Shown here piece by piece: positions 29,393-32,000 of a stretch of 32,000 nt of DNA. Every line of letters starts with the position of its first letter. Position 1 is the first letter of the stretch. Origin of the DNA: Wolbachia endosymbiont strain TRS of Brugia malayi. Its GTDB lineage: Bacteria > Pseudomonadota > Alphaproteobacteria > Rickettsiales > Anaplasmataceae. The stretch covers positions 120,001 through 152,000 of the forward strand of contig NC_006833.1 of the NCBI RefSeq assembly GCF_000008385.1, given 5' to 3'. A program made the translations under genes and the position numbers. The notes under the pieces were generated by a model, which did not search any database, had not been told where the DNA came from, and saw only the letters and a program-made list of their open reading frames with translations.

Positions 29393-30182
29393 AGATTTAG
29401 AATTACTAAAATTTTACTATGAAGTGGGTATTGATTGTACACTAACAGAAGGTAACGAGGAAAAAAAAGTGGAAAAAGAGAAAAATAGCAAAGCTATCCA
29501 ATCTCCTACCATTCAAGCTGAAGTCCAAAAAAAAGAACAGCAATCCATGTTTCCAAGTGACTGGATAATTGAAGCAAGGAAACTCGCAAGTAAATGTAAC
29601 AGCATGGATGAACTAAGAAGTGCAGTTAAGTCATTTGAAGGTTGTGAGATAAAAAAAACTTCAACCAATACTGTTTTTTCCGATGGTAATCAAAGTGCAA
29701 AAATTATGCTTGTTGGCGAAGCTCCAGGAGCAAATGAAGACCTTAAAGGCATACCATTTTGTGGTGCAAGCGGAATGTTGCTAGATAAGATGCTTAGTGC
29801 AATCAATCTTGATCGCACTAAAGTATACATAAGCAATACTGTATTTTGGCGTCCACCAGGCAATAGAAAGCCAACTGATCTAGAACTCGACATGTGCAGA
29901 CCATTCGTTGAGAAACATATCGCACTAATTTCACCACACATCCTCATTTTAGTTGGAGGTATCTCATGTTATAGCCTTCTTGATAACACAAAAACTATAT
30001 CAACTTTGCGTGGCAGATTCCATACGTATACTAATCAATACTTATCCTATTCGATTACCACAGCTGTTATATTTCATCCAGCTTACTTACTTCGTCAACC
30101 AGCGCAAAAACGTTTAGCTTGGGAGGATTTAAAAAAGATTAGGGAGTACCTTAATAGTACCAATAACTGTACAGGCGTCTAG
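29382..30182 (+). CDS. Uracil-DNA glycosylase, family 4
   Basis: 266 aa with GEAPGANED, PFCGASG and HPAYLLR motifs and an N-terminal extension of about 90 aa. It overlaps the end of def by 11 nt. Confidence 0.85.
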   Translation: MRDEDLELLKFYYEVGIDCTLTEGNEEKKVEKEKNSKAIQSPTIQAEVQKKEQQSMFPSDWIIEARKLASKCNSMDELRSAVKSFEGCEIKKTSTNTVFSDGNQSAKIMLVGEAPGANEDLKGIPFCGASGMLLDKMLSAINLDRTKVYISNTVFWRPPGNRKPTDLELDMCRPFVEKHIALISPHILILVGGISCYSLLDNTKTISTLRGRFHTYTNQYLSYSITTAVIFHPAYLLRQPAQKRLAWEDLKKIREYLNSTNNCTGV

Positions 30183-30264
30183 CAAACTGATAAGATAATG
30201 GACTCTTATATTATTCACTCCTCAAGCACAGCTATTATAGTAGTCATTCAAATAGTTTACCCAG

Positions 30265-30830
30265 AAACGCAAAAAATTACTTGACACACTTTGTCAGCTC
30301 TCTTAACCCTAGCAATAGGGCTATTTTATATAACCTCCTAATCTGTGCAAATTAAAATGACAAGAAGGTTTTGTATTTGATGTACTATTGTTTAATTCCT
30401 TGTACTACGTACGCCGTATGTCTTTATAAAATTTCTATAGTTCTTACCTAATACAAGCTGAAATATACTTATAAAGCGTTTAAGACATCATCTAACATCA
30501 AAATTTTTAAACAAAGAGCTAGTAACTAACTACTCTGTTTTTTTTGCCTTTTTTTCTGCTTGGTAAATTTTTAAAATATTTATGACCCCAATTAAGTTGC
30601 ATTGAAAAGCAGCTAGACTGCAGCATTTAAGACTTAAGAAATGCCAATACTGAAAATAGATACTAACCAGAGCTTTTTTATCTTTTTTTTATTTAGTAAA
30701 TTTCTTAAATATCTATAACTAAAGGCTAGTTGCAAAAAAGCAGCTAGCGTTTAGAATAAGGAAACGCTGAAAAAACATAAATACTATAGAGTTTCCTCTG
30801 CCTTTTAGGCTAAGTCATACAAAAAGTCTA
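30265..30830 (+). repeat. Copy 4 of the modular dispersed repeat (A module plus B-C-B-C and a partial B)
   Basis: GCAAAAAATTAC-TTGACA (30281-30286), 17 bp, then TAACCC (30304-30309). B boxes lie at about 30562 and about 30695 (period about 133 bp). Hairpins are AGTTGC-AAAAAA-GCAGCT (30728-30745) and GCGTTT-AGAATAAGG-AAACGC (30747-30767). Confidence 0.85.
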
Positions 30831-31078
30831 CTAGTTATATAAGAGTTCAAGAAAGATATCATGAAAGTACTGGAATCTTGCTCCAATGTTAAACAACACA
30901 AAGTTGAAAAAGCAGAGCAAAAAACGTTACTTACAATTTAGTAGTTCTCCAAAGTCAATTATGTTTAAAAATTAATCTCTGTCTATAACATCATCACTTG
31001 TCCATTAATGTGAATAAGGACTGGATGGCATGAAAAGCCTTTAGGATGCTTTAGTGTATCTATTTTCTTTTGTACTTC

Positions 31079-32000
31079 TTACATTATTGAATGACCAATT
31101 CTATTTTTTGAAAACTTGATTTCGCAAATGTAAAGAGTGTTAAATTTAGTTCGAATTATATAATCAATTTGATAAATAGCACTATTACCTGTCTTCCTCT
31201 GGAAAAATAGATTTTCGCTTATTATTTCATCAATTCCTAAGATATTAGGTATGCTCTTTCTATTGTTAAGCATCAAATTTTCAAATTGAAGTCCGATGAT
31301 TGTATGCCCCTCTGGTAGAGATGCAAGTAGTCCCATAGAGTAGTGCTAAGATTAATTTTCCTAGATTTTTTTAATATATTTCAGATAAAACCTTAAATAA
31401 TTATCTTGAAGTCTGCAGCTCCTTAATCGTGAATCAGTACCTGCTTGCATATTCCAAGTGTGATCCTTTGCAATAAAAAACAGGCAAGCTCAAGCTCATG
31501 TAGATACTTAGAAATGCGTCCATGTTGCAATATCTAAACTAAAAAGACACCTTTTGTAAAACAAAGCTTTTTGATATTTTCTTTAGCACAGTGTTTAAAA
31601 TTTACCTCTTCTAAATACTTCATAATTCCACCAATTACTGCAAGTACCTTAAATTTTTCATATGCTGAAATATTTTTTGGCCAAAACCTATTGCAATCAG
31701 AAAGTAATAACTCCTTAAGCGTTATAGTCAATAATATCCTTCCTACAAAACTAGCACTATTAAGTATATTTTTTTCGATCCAGGATGAAGCCGATCCACA
31801 AATAACAAAAATTAGCTTGGTATTATTTTTTAGCTGTGTATCCTAAAAATTCTTTATTTATCCTAAAAAAGTTGGATCTTTTGAGCCCATCCAAGAAATT
31901 TCATCAAAAAGTAATAACATTTTTCCAGATAGTAGATATTTACCAACTGTTCACAGTAAATCACTCCAATCACCATATCTAGCAAAAGACGTGCTAAATT
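31079..32000 (-). pseudogene. AAA+ ATPase (COG1672-like, with a C-terminal nuclease-like DUF) pseudogene; 5' end lies outside the window
   Basis: A single reverse frame reads ...GKMLLLFDEISWMGSKDPTFLG*IKNF*DTQLKNNTKLIFVICGSASSWIEKNIL...VIGGIMKYLEE... with in-frame TGA, TAA and TAG. Further downstream it reads GLQFENLMLNN...QIDYIIRTKFNTLYICEIKFSKN. Confidence 0.6.

Noticed and set aside
30520-30830. The regularly spaced conserved boxes (AAATTTCTTAAATATTT) could be mistaken for a small CRISPR-like array.
   Set aside because: The period is about 133-154 bp, and the 'spacers' are themselves homologous between units and between copies. Only 1-3 units occur per locus and no cas genes are present.

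Overview
AT-rich sequence from a reduced alphaproteobacterial endosymbiont, most likely Wolbachia or another Anaplasmataceae. This is inferred from a wsp/Msp-type outer-membrane protein, an ankyrin-repeat relic, ProP-type MFS and DAACS transporter relics, and short palindromic hairpin elements. About 20 intact housekeeping genes are present: clpA (3' part), class I aldolase, tRNA-Cys, pyrD, rnc, an OMP, mtaB, gatC, prs, rsmH, sucB, tsaB, map, ftsA, def, family-4 UDG and a P-loop protein. They are interspersed with about 14 decayed genes: nuc, ctpA, a secretin, an MFS transporter, ftsL, an ANK protein, an IS66-family transposase, a class II aldolase, a DAACS symporter, a terminase large subunit, an AAA ATPase and relics of unknown function. 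The main unexplained signal is a modular non-coding repeat family with five copies (four on +, one on -, roughly 2.3 kb in total). Each copy starts with an A-tract and a TTGACA-17 bp-TATNNT promoter-like box. Each ends in one to three tandem subunits of about 130-155 bp that carry T-runs, a conserved AAATTTCTTAAATATTT box and two hairpins whose substitutions keep pairing only on the + strand of the element. One copy is interrupted by a degraded IS66-family element. A second notable signal is an in-frame insertion of about 36 codons in rsmH that coincides with a palindromic hairpin-type repeat. No CRISPR array, rRNA or intact prophage is visible.
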